This document shows positions 22,805 through 33,361 of a stretch of DNA of 64,000 nucleotides, in pieces. The notes beneath the pieces are model-generated. The model was not told the DNA's origin, did not search any database, and saw only the letters and a program-made list of their open reading frames with translations. Both the position numbers and the translations under genes were made by a program. The stretch lies in the NCBI GenBank assembly GCA_977018835.1, contig OZ361260.1, positions 1,736,001 through 1,800,000 on the forward strand. The letters are read 5' to 3'. Every line of letters begins with the position of its first letter. The stretch's first letter is position 1. This DNA is from Minutocellus sp. GHC0000111 (lineage: Eukaryota).

Positions 22805-25717
22805 ATGGAAGACGCCGGCGCTGCAAACGACGACAAGTCCCCCCCTCCTGACGATGCCTGCAGCGTGGAGGTCGACGCCGAGCTGGCCCACCGGGCCGCT
22901 TCTGCTCCTTTCGGTGATGATGATCGAGGCGGTATCGGCACTGGTGACAACGGTGATGACGACGACGACGGAGCGACCGCACCGTCGGCTGCCGCGGTGG
23001 CGATGGGGATGGCGGCTTCGGCGCCGGCAGCACGTGCCGAAAACGAGCACGAGTCAGCACAAACTGGTGACGCCGACGCCGAAACAGAAGAGACGCTGCA
23101 CTCACCAAGCACAAACGCCGCCGGTTCCATCTATCCTGCACTAGGCAGCAGTAGCAGGCGCACTGCTGCTGCTGCTACCACCACGAACAGGACGAGCAGC
23201 ACTAGATCTCGCTTCCCCCGAGGCGCGGGTCCGGGCGCGTACCACGTTGTCCCTCGGACCAGGGCGTCCCTCACCGGCGCCCCTACGGGTACTTCTTCGA
23301 GCAGCATTGGCAGTGGTGGCGGCAGTGCCGTTCACGTGGACACGGAGAGCGTGAGGACGGACGAGGCGGAGGTTATGGCGGCTACAGCAGTGGAAACCCA
23401 GCCTAGTAACACACGAAGCTCCGAGCCCTCAGCCTCGGCCGATAGGGACATTATGCTGCCGGTCCCGAATGGCTTCGTCCAGCAACAACGACGAACGACG
23501 TCACAACGCCAAAGCGAGACGAATGCTACTGCTGGTAGCGGGCGGAACAGCAGCAGCCGGAGGAGTTCCTTCGCCACGTCGTCGGTGCCCGGGGCCCATC
23601 CGGTCGATGGTATGAACAGTGGCACTAGCGGGGGTGGCATCGGCATTGGCGGCAGCAGGCGAAGTTGTTCAGCCAGCACAAACGACATCACCACAGCTGC
23701 AACCGGCGGTTCGGCGTCAGGTTCGGGCAGAGCATCGTCCTCGTCGGTAGGAGTTGGCGACGTGGAGAGCGGTGGCGAGGCTCAGGTGGACGTTGCCGTG
23801 GATCCCGAGGTGACCGCAACGGCCTATCTGGTCGAAGATCGACAAGAGTTGGAGGATCTGCCCTCCGCGGAGATTGTGGATCTGGACGAAATACGACCTT
23901 CGCCCGGGCCGTTTCATCGTCGGAGGGAGGGACGCGTCACCCTCTTGGTCACTGGAGTTCTCCTACTGGCACTGGCCATCATCCTTGGAGTGTTGCTGAC
24001 CAATGGCTCGTCCAGCTCCGCGGAATCGTTGGAAGACAATATCGCCACCGAAATGCCGACGCAGGCACCGACCTTCGATCCACGCCCGACGTTGGAGGCC
24101 GTGCAGAGCCGAGGCGTTGTCCGATGCGGCATCGAAGAGGCAGCCGGTGGTGCAGTCCGATTCGGACAGTACACCACAGACATGTGCCAGAGTCTAGCGG
24201 CCGCCGTCCTGGGCGATCCCTCCAGGGTCAGGTTGGTGCCCGTGGGAGACGACGATCGGTATCGGCGTCTGCTAGACCGAGATGTCGATGTGCTCTATGC
24301 CGGTGACACAATTACGCTCGAAAAATTGGTCCGAGAGTCATCCACTGGATCTGGTCTCGCATTTGGATATCCCTACTACCAGGCAGCGGTCGTATACGCC
24401 GGTCTTCCTTCCTTCGTCCAGTGCGCCAACAACCAGAAGCGGCATTACGAGTGCAATGATCTGTCGATCTGTGCCGTCGAAACACCCGAGATCCGTTCTC
24501 TCATTACCTCGTTTTTCCCCACATCTTTCGTCACCTTTGGCTTGTTCCGAGCTATGGAAGCTTCTCTCCGATCAGGAGCGTGCAATGTCATCGTTTCGGA
24601 TACCTACCGTCTATCAGGTTCCAGTTTGCAAGAAGATATTGATAGCGGACGATACATTATATCGGACTACTACATCTCTCGTAACTTGATCTCGAGTGTG
24701 GTTCGTCTCGGTGACCCGGTGTGGTACGATGTGGTGGAGGGTACGCGACTTACTGGTTTTCGAGCCAGTCAGATCGGTTTGTACCAAGACCTCGACAGAT
24801 GTCCTGCCGACCCATCATCTTCGGGCACCGACGCTGGAGTTGCCGGAGTTTCTTTCTACAACGCTACAATGTGCGTTGGCAATGCCGTCGAAGTGTTCCA
24901 ACGAAGTCTGGGTCAGACCGTGCTGAGCTATGGAACATACCTTCCCATTATAGATGCGCCCAATTTTGGATCGTTGGAGTGCAACGACTGCGCCAATGTC
25001 CTGGAGTCGAAGGGCGGACTACAAGAAATCAATGATCGCGGCCATTTGAATTGTGCTGTTTACCTCAATCCGATGTACAACCTTACGCTCTCAAGCCTCG
25101 CAACGCTGGTCAATGTCAAATTTTGCGAATTGTTGGCTGTGGCAATTTTCCAGGGCAAAGCTGATGCTGTGAATGTTACCTACATCGACGAGATGCACTA
25201 TTCGGTATTTCCGCAAGAATTCGACGTCGTTGCTGGAGCTGGATTTGAGAGCAAAGTCGGCTGGGATGTCAAAAACGCCGGCTCCATGAGTTTCAGTTGG
25301 CCTTATTTCGTCCATGACAAGTACCAATATGGAGGGTCTGTCTACGATGGAGTTGGTCTATTCATCTCGCTTATTTTCGTTGCGACTGCTGTAATCATTG
25401 CTACAATGTACGCCCAAAGGCAAGGGATTACCAGAGAATCATCTTTCGACATGCCCCTTATCCACACATTCGGAGATGGGCTCACCTTCATGCTGCGCGA
25501 TGTAATTTCTTACGGTGGTAACTACGATGATATCCTCTCCGAGGCGCTTTCGAGCTCTGATGGAACGGCAGTTCGTGGGTGGAATGTCGTGATTCCAAAC
25601 TACTTCCTGGCGGCCAAGACCCCCGTGTCATACTGCGATTACACTGGCAACTGCCCTCCATGTGAATGGTTGCTGTTTGATGGGACCTACATATGTATTA
25701 GCGTAGGACCTTACTAA
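22805..25717 (+). CDS. Single-pass membrane protein with tandem amino-acid-binding (ABC substrate-binding protein-like) extracellular domains
   Basis: Disordered N-terminus with PGAY/PGAH motifs, a TM helix, then TLEAVQSRGVVRCG...DMCQSLAAAVLGD and a second copy GLQEINDRGHLNCAV...FCELLAVAIF...GGNYDDI. Confidence 0.75.
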   Translation: MEDAGAANDDKSPPPDDACSVEVDAELAHRAASAPFGDDDRGGIGTGDNGDDDDDGATAPSAAAVAMGMAASAPAARAENEHESAQTGDADAETEETLHSPSTNAAGSIYPALGSSSRRTAAAATTTNRTSSTRSRFPRGAGPGAYHVVPRTRASLTGAPTGTSSSSIGSGGGSAVHVDTESVRTDEAEVMAATAVETQPSNTRSSEPSASADRDIMLPVPNGFVQQQRRTTSQRQSETNATAGSGRNSSSRRSSFATSSVPGAHPVDGMNSGTSGGGIGIGGSRRSCSASTNDITTAATGGSASGSGRASSSSVGVGDVESGGEAQVDVAVDPEVTATAYLVEDRQELEDLPSAEIVDLDEIRPSPGPFHRRREGRVTLLVTGVLLLALAIILGVLLTNGSSSSAESLEDNIATEMPTQAPTFDPRPTLEAVQSRGVVRCGIEEAAGGAVRFGQYTTDMCQSLAAAVLGDPSRVRLVPVGDDDRYRRLLDRDVDVLYAGDTITLEKLVRESSTGSGLAFGYPYYQAAVVYAGLPSFVQCANNQKRHYECNDLSICAVETPEIRSLITSFFPTSFVTFGLFRAMEASLRSGACNVIVSDTYRLSGSSLQEDIDSGRYIISDYYISRNLISSVVRLGDPVWYDVVEGTRLTGFRASQIGLYQDLDRCPADPSSSGTDAGVAGVSFYNATMCVGNAVEVFQRSLGQTVLSYGTYLPIIDAPNFGSLECNDCANVLESKGGLQEINDRGHLNCAVYLNPMYNLTLSSLATLVNVKFCELLAVAIFQGKADAVNVTYIDEMHYSVFPQEFDVVAGAGFESKVGWDVKNAGSMSFSWPYFVHDKYQYGGSVYDGVGLFISLIFVATAVIIATMYAQRQGITRESSFDMPLIHTFGDGLTFMLRDVISYGGNYDDILSEALSSSDGTAVRGWNVVIPNYFLAAKTPVSYCDYTGNCPPCEWLLFDGTYICISVGPY

Positions 25718-25865
25718 CTCATTGTTCTAAATCTTTTATGTAAAGTTACATTTCGAGTAACTTCAGATCTGCTGAGTATCGGTTGAGATCAACCTCACAT
25801 CTCGAGGCTTCCGAGCGCAAGGAATGATAGGAACCCCAAATCATAAAAAATAATTCCTTAATTGT

Positions 25866-28397
25866 CTAGTCGCACGAAACCAGAACGGGCTGGACCCTCT
25901 TCTTTTTCTTCTTGGGCTGGAGAATATTGGGCTCGGCCGCCGTGGCCGTGGTAGTCTCAGCAGCCACCATCGTCGTCACGACCGCAGCGGTGTCGGTGCC
26001 GCTACCGCTGCCGGTGACATCGGTCGAGTCCTCAATCTTGTTGTCCGCAGCGTCGGTAACCATGGCATTGGTCTCATTGATCTCCGAATTCCCAACGGGG
26101 AGGAGGGTAGGGACGACCCTCTTCTTTCCAGCCTTGTTGGTCACCTTGGCGGCATCACCGCCTGTATTGGGAGGAGTCACACTGACTGCCTTGGTAGAGG
26201 TATCGTTGCTGGGTGTAGCCGCTGCCGTAGAAGTAGTAGCGGCCCGGGGCACCGGCACGATCGGCCTCGAGGCGAGCTTGGCGGCCTCCTCCCGAACAAT
26301 CTTGGTCTCGGCAGCTACCAGGGCCGGCACGTACCTTTCCCCGAGCTCCCCATCGGCAAAGTTGAGGATGCTGATGTACCCATCCCGGCTGCTCACCATC
26401 AGGGTCAGTCCATCGGGCGACCAAACGGCATCGGTGAGGTTGGCATAGTGCAATCCACGAGCGATGGCCAGGGGAGTGGTGTGGTAGGTATCGTAAATGA
26501 CGACCGAATCGAGGGTAAGGACGGCAAAGATGGACCGGTACGGGAGGTTCAATGACGTGGACGATGGGACACCGGCGGTATCATCCTCCGATTCAGATAC
26601 CTTGGGGCGGGTGGCACCGGGAGGGAGCTTGAAGAACACGGGGTTGGGACGGACGACGACGGAGGGCTTCTCCAGACCACTCAAGACCCGGGCGGGCTGC
26701 TCGAAGTGGTGGCGGGAGAAGAGGCAGGTGGCGTACGACGGTCCCTCGGCGGCGCCGTCTGCGGGGGTGCCACTGTCGTCGGACTCCTTCTTGTCGCAGT
26801 GCCAGAGGGCGGCGGGACAGATGAGGTAGGCGCCGTCGGCGGTCCAGCTCAGACGGCGGAAGAAGGACTCGACGGTGGACTCGTCGCCAAACAGATGCTG
26901 GCGGCGGACATTCTTCTCCTTTTCCGGCTGGGGCTGAGATGTAGCGGCATCGCCCTCGGCAGTGGTAGCAGCTCCTGCTCCCTCCTGGCCTTCCTTGTCC
27001 TTGTTGTTCTCCCCCTCCTTGTCCTCCTCCTTCTTCTCGAGGCACGAGTTGTCCCGGAACTTGATGATCTTGGCCTTGTTCAGCTCGAACTTGCCGTTGG
27101 TGAAGGCCCGGCCGCTGACGACGTTGATCCTGGCCCGGGCGAGGAGCTGTTCTTCGGCCGACGGCTCCGGCTTGGCCTTCGGCGGCTGCTCCTCCTGATC
27201 CTTGGGTGCATCGGCAGCAGTGGCATTGGCCCCATCTCCACCCTTGGCTTCAGCGGCAGTGTCATTGCTACTCTTCTCGGCGGCATCCTTGTCAGCCTTC
27301 TCCTTGCTACTCTCCGCCTGCAGCTGCATCTGGATCTGCTTGTCGATCACCTTCTTCTTCCTGGACCAAACCCTAACGGTCCGATCGGCCCCCTGACTGG
27401 CCAGATAGATCCCCCTCGGATCCATACTCACACCCTGCACGTATCCGCAGTGATCGGTGGTCGATCTATGGACGGTCGACCACTTGGGTTCCTCGTCGGC
27501 GATGCCGGTAATGTCGTGATGGACGTTCTCGTAGGTCACGAGGGTGTGATCGAGGCAGGCCACGGTGAGACGTTTGGAATCGTGCGACCAGGAGACGTCC
27601 AGGACGTCATGGGTGGACGGGGAGGGGAGGGCCTTGATTCGGAGGAGGCGCTCGCCGTCGTTTGTGGAGGGGGCGGTGGAGGTGGCGGCGGTGGAGCTTT
27701 TCGTCGCATTACCTCCGGTAGTGGTGCCCGTAGTACCAGCCGCGGCGGTCTCGCTGCCCCCGTTGCCAATGACCTCGCACCAAACTCGTCCGTTCTTGGC
27801 CGGTGCCTGCGTGGGATCGAGAATGGGAATGTGCGCTCTTGGCAAAGTGTAGACCACTACCACGCCGCCGTCCCCGGCGGCGGCCAGATGCCGTCCGTCG
27901 GGAGAAAATTTGACGGCGTTGAGGGACCGATCGATGGTCCGGCCCAGGGTTTGGACGTGCCGGATGACGTGTTTGTGGGGGGACGCGGCGGCGGTGCTTG
28001 AGGAAGAGGAGCCGTCCTGGAGGATCCGGCTGAGTTTGCCGCTGCTGGTAGAGCTGTTGCTGGGATGGTTGGCAGCCTCCTCGGCCGTCAGGTCCATCTT
28101 GGTCGGCTCGGCGGTATTAGCAGCAGCGGAACCAGCAGCGCTCACAGCCTTGTCGTTGACCCGCGAAAAGCCGACCTCCCACAGATGGATCTCGGGGGTG
28201 TTTCCGACGGTGGCCAGGATGTTGCGCGAGGAATTATGGCTGGAACTACCGGAGGAGGAATTGCCGCTATTGCTGTTGCTGTTGGTATTATTGGCCGTCT
28301 CGACGGGAAGCATCGAGCACGAGTGCAGCGGCGCCGCCTTGCCCTTGTCGACGTCGGCGTTGCTGTGCCACAATATCTGGGGAGTTTCGATCTTCAT
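25866..28397 (-). CDS. CHAF1B: Chromatin assembly factor 1 subunit B (p60/Cac2/FAS2), WD40 protein
   Basis: MKIETPQILWH, HCGYVQGVSMDP, SFFRRLSWTADG, LPYRSIFAV, GLHYANLTDAVWSPDG and C-terminal KKRVVPTL/KKRVQPVL B-domain-like motifs. Confidence 0.92.
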   Translation of the reverse strand: MKIETPQILWHSNADVDKGKAAPLHSCSMLPVETANNTNSNSNSGNSSSGSSSHNSSRNILATVGNTPEIHLWEVGFSRVNDKAVSAAGSAAANTAEPTKMDLTAEEAANHPSNSSTSSGKLSRILQDGSSSSSTAAASPHKHVIRHVQTLGRTIDRSLNAVKFSPDGRHLAAAGDGGVVVVYTLPRAHIPILDPTQAPAKNGRVWCEVIGNGGSETAAAGTTGTTTGGNATKSSTAATSTAPSTNDGERLLRIKALPSPSTHDVLDVSWSHDSKRLTVACLDHTLVTYENVHHDITGIADEEPKWSTVHRSTTDHCGYVQGVSMDPRGIYLASQGADRTVRVWSRKKKVIDKQIQMQLQAESSKEKADKDAAEKSSNDTAAEAKGGDGANATAADAPKDQEEQPPKAKPEPSAEEQLLARARINVVSGRAFTNGKFELNKAKIIKFRDNSCLEKKEEDKEGENNKDKEGQEGAGAATTAEGDAATSQPQPEKEKNVRRQHLFGDESTVESFFRRLSWTADGAYLICPAALWHCDKKESDDSGTPADGAAEGPSYATCLFSRHHFEQPARVLSGLEKPSVVVRPNPVFFKLPPGATRPKVSESEDDTAGVPSSTSLNLPYRSIFAVLTLDSVVIYDTYHTTPLAIARGLHYANLTDAVWSPDGLTLMVSSRDGYISILNFADGELGERYVPALVAAETKIVREEAAKLASRPIVPVPRAATTSTAAATPSNDTSTKAVSVTPPNTGGDAAKVTNKAGKKRVVPTLLPVGNSEINETNAMVTDAADNKIEDSTDVTGSGSGTDTAAVVTTMVAAETTTATAAEPNILQPKKKKKRVQPVLVSCD

Positions 28398-28982
28398 TCT
28401 TGTGTGCGATTTATTGTACGGATTGAATATTGTGCGATGGATTGGTTCGCGGTTTGGCCCGATCAACTTGTAGTATGTGGGCAACGAGGGGCAGGCGCGG
28501 ATATGCTAATTCAAATAAATGCTTCAAGATTTTTGCGCGGGAAAAATATTGTTGTGGCACGAGTTGTGCTGGTTTTCCAAGGAAGCAAAGGGGAGGAAGA
28601 TACGGATCAAATCAAGCCAACTGCGTGGTCCAACAGAGATATGCGCTCTCGACTAGACGGTGTGGCGTATCTTCCAAGCAGCGTGTCGAGCGGAGCGGTA
28701 GCGGCGGCAGGTCGAGGTCCGTCATTGTGGTGGCGAGGCGAGAGGGTCGCTGGCGGTTTCGGCGGGGGCCTCGCGCGCCGGCCGGCCTCATTTTTGAAAC
28801 TGAGGCTGGGCCGGCAGGCTCGCTCGAAACCGGCCTGGCCGTCGAATGCGAACAACATTCGGCGATGGCGGAACGAGACCTCGAGACGACTTGACTTGCC
28901 ACGCAGCAGCTGGTGCCCGAAGATTGCCGAGAACATGGGCACTCGTACTCTCGAGAGGAATTGAATTGAATTTCCAACCACC

Positions 28983-29963
28983 ATGGCAGATGTGGCCTCG
29001 AATGATGAGCTGTTACACGAGCTGATTTCGGCGATGGCCGACCAGCTTGCGGAGGCAAAACTCGATGCTGGAGGCAATCACACCGACGAGGTGCCTGACG
29101 ATGACCCTGAACTATGGAAGCCCCACCCGCCCAATGCAGACTGCCCCATTTGTCTAATTCCGTTACCTCGTCTTGCAGAGCAATCCATGTACTTTCCCTG
29201 CTGTGGCAAGCGTGTTTGCAGCGCATGCGACTGCGAACATTACCGAGCCACCAACATCACAAACGCCAAGAGGAAGAGGAAGGAATTGCCGCCTCTCCCT
29301 TTAAGCTGTCCGTTTTGCAGGGTTCCCGATTGGGATACGGACGAGGAACTAATCAAACGGTACCAAAATCGGGTCGAAAAGGGCGACGCGCAGGCTATGT
29401 ATGTCTTCGCTGGAAAATTTAGATTCGGAGAAAATGGAGTACCAAAGGACACGTTGAAAGCTTTGGAACTATGGCAGCAAGCTGCAGATTTAGGATGCGC
29501 TGACGCATTTTCTGAATTAGGGCGTTGCTACACATTCGGCGATGGCATTGATGAAGACGAATTGAAAGGAATGCATTGTCTCAACATTGCTGCGAAGAAG
29601 GGAAGCGTAGATGCTCGTCACAACCTTGCTACCATCTTTAATGAGCTTGGAAATGACGATCTCGCTATCAAACACCTGAGACTAGCAGTCGGAGCTGGAT
29701 TTGACACCTCAATGGACGCATTGTGGGCCTTTTCCCACACAGGCAAGATCAGAAAAGACGATCTCGAGGATTGTCTCAGGGCCCACAAGCGAGCCAGCGA
29801 TGAGATGAAGAGTGGAGAGCGCGAAAGATGGCTTGCATGGAAGAAGGCCGAAGAAGATGATGATATTGATTTGAAAAACGTTTACAAATGCTATTATGCG
29901 GGCATGCTAAATGCAAAAGAAATAAAAAAGGCCTTGGAAGTTCATGGGTCGGCGAACACGTAA
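28983..29963 (+). CDS. RING-type zinc finger plus Sel1 repeat protein
   Basis: DCPICLIPLP...CCGKRVCSAC...CPFCR followed by Sel1 repeats (KALELWQQAADLG, AAKKGSVDARHNL). Confidence 0.85.
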   Translation: MADVASNDELLHELISAMADQLAEAKLDAGGNHTDEVPDDDPELWKPHPPNADCPICLIPLPRLAEQSMYFPCCGKRVCSACDCEHYRATNITNAKRKRKELPPLPLSCPFCRVPDWDTDEELIKRYQNRVEKGDAQAMYVFAGKFRFGENGVPKDTLKALELWQQAADLGCADAFSELGRCYTFGDGIDEDELKGMHCLNIAAKKGSVDARHNLATIFNELGNDDLAIKHLRLAVGAGFDTSMDALWAFSHTGKIRKDDLEDCLRAHKRASDEMKSGERERWLAWKKAEEDDDIDLKNVYKCYYAGMLNAKEIKKALEVHGSANT

Positions 29964-30109
29964 TTTTTAGAACATGTAGGAAGTGGTGAAGAGGATTTAA
30001 TTTGGCCATGCTACTGCGAAACTTGAGTTGCTGAGAATGCGTACGAACATATATAAACTATAAAAAGAAAGATTATGTTTCTGACCTCTTTACAGTGCAC
30101 ATTTTGTAA

Positions 30110-32252
30110 CTACCTACTTCGACTTGCCCATACCCTTGGCAACACGCTTCTTGAGCTGCTTGACGCGCTTGTTGGCCTTGGCCTCGGCGGCGGCACGCTT
30201 ACTAACGCCCGCCTTTCTACCTCCGGCATGGGAGTAGCACTGCTGTTGTTGTCGGTGTTTCTATTAGTGTGCTCGTGAGACACCTCCAATTCCCATGCTG
30301 ACTCCTCCGATTCACCTTTCATTAGGATGGATCCGTCCTGTTTGTCGTCGACATAGACGCTTGCGGCACTACCGCCACTGGCGATTGGGGTAGCGTTGGT
30401 GCTTGAGGTTTTGTTTTGGATGTCCCATTTGAGCCGAATTCGATTGATGGTATGGTCACTTCCGAGGTCTATTACGATTCCTCCATCCGAATAATCAACT
30501 ACCCAACTAGCAGAATTCGGGTTGGACGATACTGCGTCTCCGTCGTTGGACCAACCGGGCATATCACCAAGGGTAATTACTTCCTCGCTATTGTAGAGAG
30601 AACGAATCTTGGCGTTCGTGTTGGGCCATTGGAATGTGAGCTCTGACCATGACATGAAGAACGTCCAAAGCTTTTCTTGCGCAAGGCGGTTGGCCGATGG
30701 AAGCTCCCAGCATTCACCGATCGCAATGGGCTTGTTGCCAGCGACGCCGACCATTACATCATACTTTTGTTTGGTGAAGCCCTCGTATACGTCAAGCGTT
30801 GCAACCTCCCAGTACTTTGGATTTGAGTGTGGACGTGGGTTGAGCAAAAGAAGTGGAGATGTAATGTATTATGAGGGTGAGGGATAGGGCCTTTCGGTTT
30901 TAGACAGAACGGACAACAAAGCAGAGCACAATTCACCTCATCTCCAGGATTGTAATCATGAGCATCCGTAGGCAAGTTCTGGAAGTCCTGCACATTCCAA
31001 GTCCAAACTGCGGTGGGTAAGGGTTTGAGGGAAGGTTATCCAAATCCGACCGTCTCGGGAAGGTTAGTGTCAAGAATCCATCTCGGTCGAGGGCAGGAGC
31101 AAACATGTCGAAGCTACGAGCCTAATCTTGAAGAATCTTCTTCTTCGTGACAAATTTCTCACCTAGATTCGTCAGATTCTTTTCATGGAGAAGATAATCG
31201 TGTGTGATTTGATAGAGTCGGCGTGTTCCTTGGGGGCCAGGACGACCGCCCCACCAAAAGCTGTTTTATTTGTCAAGAGACCGAAGTCAGATAGGAGGAG
31301 CAGAATAGGGGGTATCAGATTTCTTCGAGAAGATCCATTCTACCAATTGGTACATTGCGACTGCACTTTGATCCATTTTCCACACGCACTTACCAACCTT
31401 GGTTCATCTCGTGCAACGGACGGAACAGAACCTCAACGCCTTCGTCTTGGAGCCATTCGAGGTACTGAGCGATGTCGTCCATCCTTTTGACCCACCGGTT
31501 GTAAAGAGCTGTCCCTTCGGTAATCAGTTCCTCCCATTTCTCATCCGGCATACGACCACTCCAGGGTCCATCTCCGTGGCAATGGCTTGACCAGGTACAA
31601 GGCTCGTGAAGAGTAGGGTTGCAGGCGTGCCTACGAGTTGGGAGAAGAATCAATTGGTAGACATCATTGACAATAGCAATGTAAGAGGTTGAGCAGTTTT
31701 CAGGTTAAAGTCGAGCTATGAGCACTAGCCAAACCCATCAGGCCCAACATACAGTATACCTAGTATGGTAACTTACCACATAATAGAAATGATAGCTCCG
31801 TCGTCCCACTGCTTCTTGGCTTCCCGTACCATGCCCCATCGATTCGCGATACTCTCAACATCGAACAAAAAGTCACCGCCCCTTGAACGACAACCAAGCA
31901 ATTTTGGGAAGAGGCAATAGATCGGGTGATAGATTTTTATGTGAGACCTTACATTGCGGTCAAATCAAATGCCATTCATACATGTACGAGCAGTAAAGTG
32001 AGAGATACTATGAAACATGCAACGTCGTGGCTCTAGCTTAGCTTACCATAGACCAGGTGTCTTTCCGGATACTTCGATAGCTTGGTCGGTGAAGGAGGAT
32101 GGAGTTTTGCTGATTTTGTTATGTAAGCCAACCACAGTTCCCTCACCTCGGATGCTGTATAGATAGTCCAGCGTCTTCCATTTTGTTGCAACGGCCTCGT
32201 GTGGTACAATGATGCCTACGACGAGGAGAGTGAGGAGGCCGAAGGATATCAT
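30110..32252 (-). CDS. Secreted glycoside hydrolase family 26 (beta-mannanase-like) with a partial discoidin-like C-terminal segment; 6 exons (32252-32047, 31881-31777, 31630-31394, 31260-31163, 31007-30937, 30814-30110)
   Basis: Signal peptide; PGLWGGDF; MWHACNP; VLFRPLHEMN (acid/base Glu); FWWG; KPIAIGEC (nucleophile Glu); FFMSW. All five GT-AG introns keep the frame. Confidence 0.88.
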
Positions 32253-32560
32253 TGCTACTTACTTGGTGATCTGAGAAAGAGAGATAGAACTGGTGGGAGA
32301 GTTTGCTGCACTCTAAAGCCTTTGAGAAGGACAGAGCTTGCAAGAAATGAATAACTTTACTGCCAACCGATCGCGCAGTAGTAGTCTTCATGTAAGTCTT
32401 TCGACGTTGGGCACAGAAAAGCTGCGCGGCGTTTCTCGTCAAAATCTGTGACTTGCGCTGTGCGATTTGAATTGAATTGTATGTGCAATGTATGGCGACG
32501 TTCGTTCCATGTCTCACGAGGAGTGGCGACTCAACGGAAAGAAGAGCGGTATGTGCCACT

Positions 32561-33224
32561 ATGTCCCTGGGGCGACCAAGGGAAAGAGCGGTGTTGGAAA
32601 GGGTGGAAGGGGTAGGCCCAAAAAAGCCAAGCGGTGATGGGTCTGCCTGCGCCTATCTTGATCCAATGGAATCGTGGAGATTCGCACAATTTGAGGTTTG
32701 CATTGAAACGCCAAAGGATAGTGGTGAATTCCGTCGCTATGTTGGACCTTTGAGGTGGGCGGAGGGTGGTGAGGGAATTGAGCATACTACTTTACAGACT
32801 ACTCTATATGATGATGATGCCCGCGAATACTTCGGCGACCGTGAGATCAGTGTGATCAATGTTTCAGTGGAAGTAGATGAGGATGTTTTGTACCTGCCTC
32901 CAGGCGGCGGCGACCCCTTGAATCTCGGAACTATTGAGAGTGGAAGTTTCGAGCAATACTTCCAGAAGCCAACCGTTTGGGTTTCTATTCGAGGGCTTGG
33001 TCTGAGATCTAATGAGAACGGACTTGCTGAAGGATGCTCTGCGTGAGAAGCTGGATTATGAGGAGAACGAGGTCAACATCGTTGAATGCTTCAGGAAGAA
33101 GGAGAATGGATTCTTTTATGTCAGGTTTGGAATTGTGCACGAGGCTGAGGGGTGCGAGAAGATGCTCGATGGCCAAGAGTTGCTTGGTGGACGCGTTGGG
33201 GTGAAACGCGTGTATGAGAAGTAA
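32561..33224 (+). pseudogene. Hypothetical protein with a C-terminal RRM-like fold split by a frameshift near 33010
   Basis: RNP2-like VWVSIRGL and RNP1-like NGFFYVRF...LDGQELLGGRVGV lie in different frames with no intron between them. Confidence 0.5.
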
Positions 33225-33361
33225 GAATAACTCTCTAGCATTTTCTTGGTACAAATTTAGCTACGAAGCCAAAATGCAATAATCGCATTTATATAATGAT
33301 TCCACGGTCTCGCTGTAGAACTTCCATCTAAGTGCAGAACTCTACATCATGATCAGGGATC

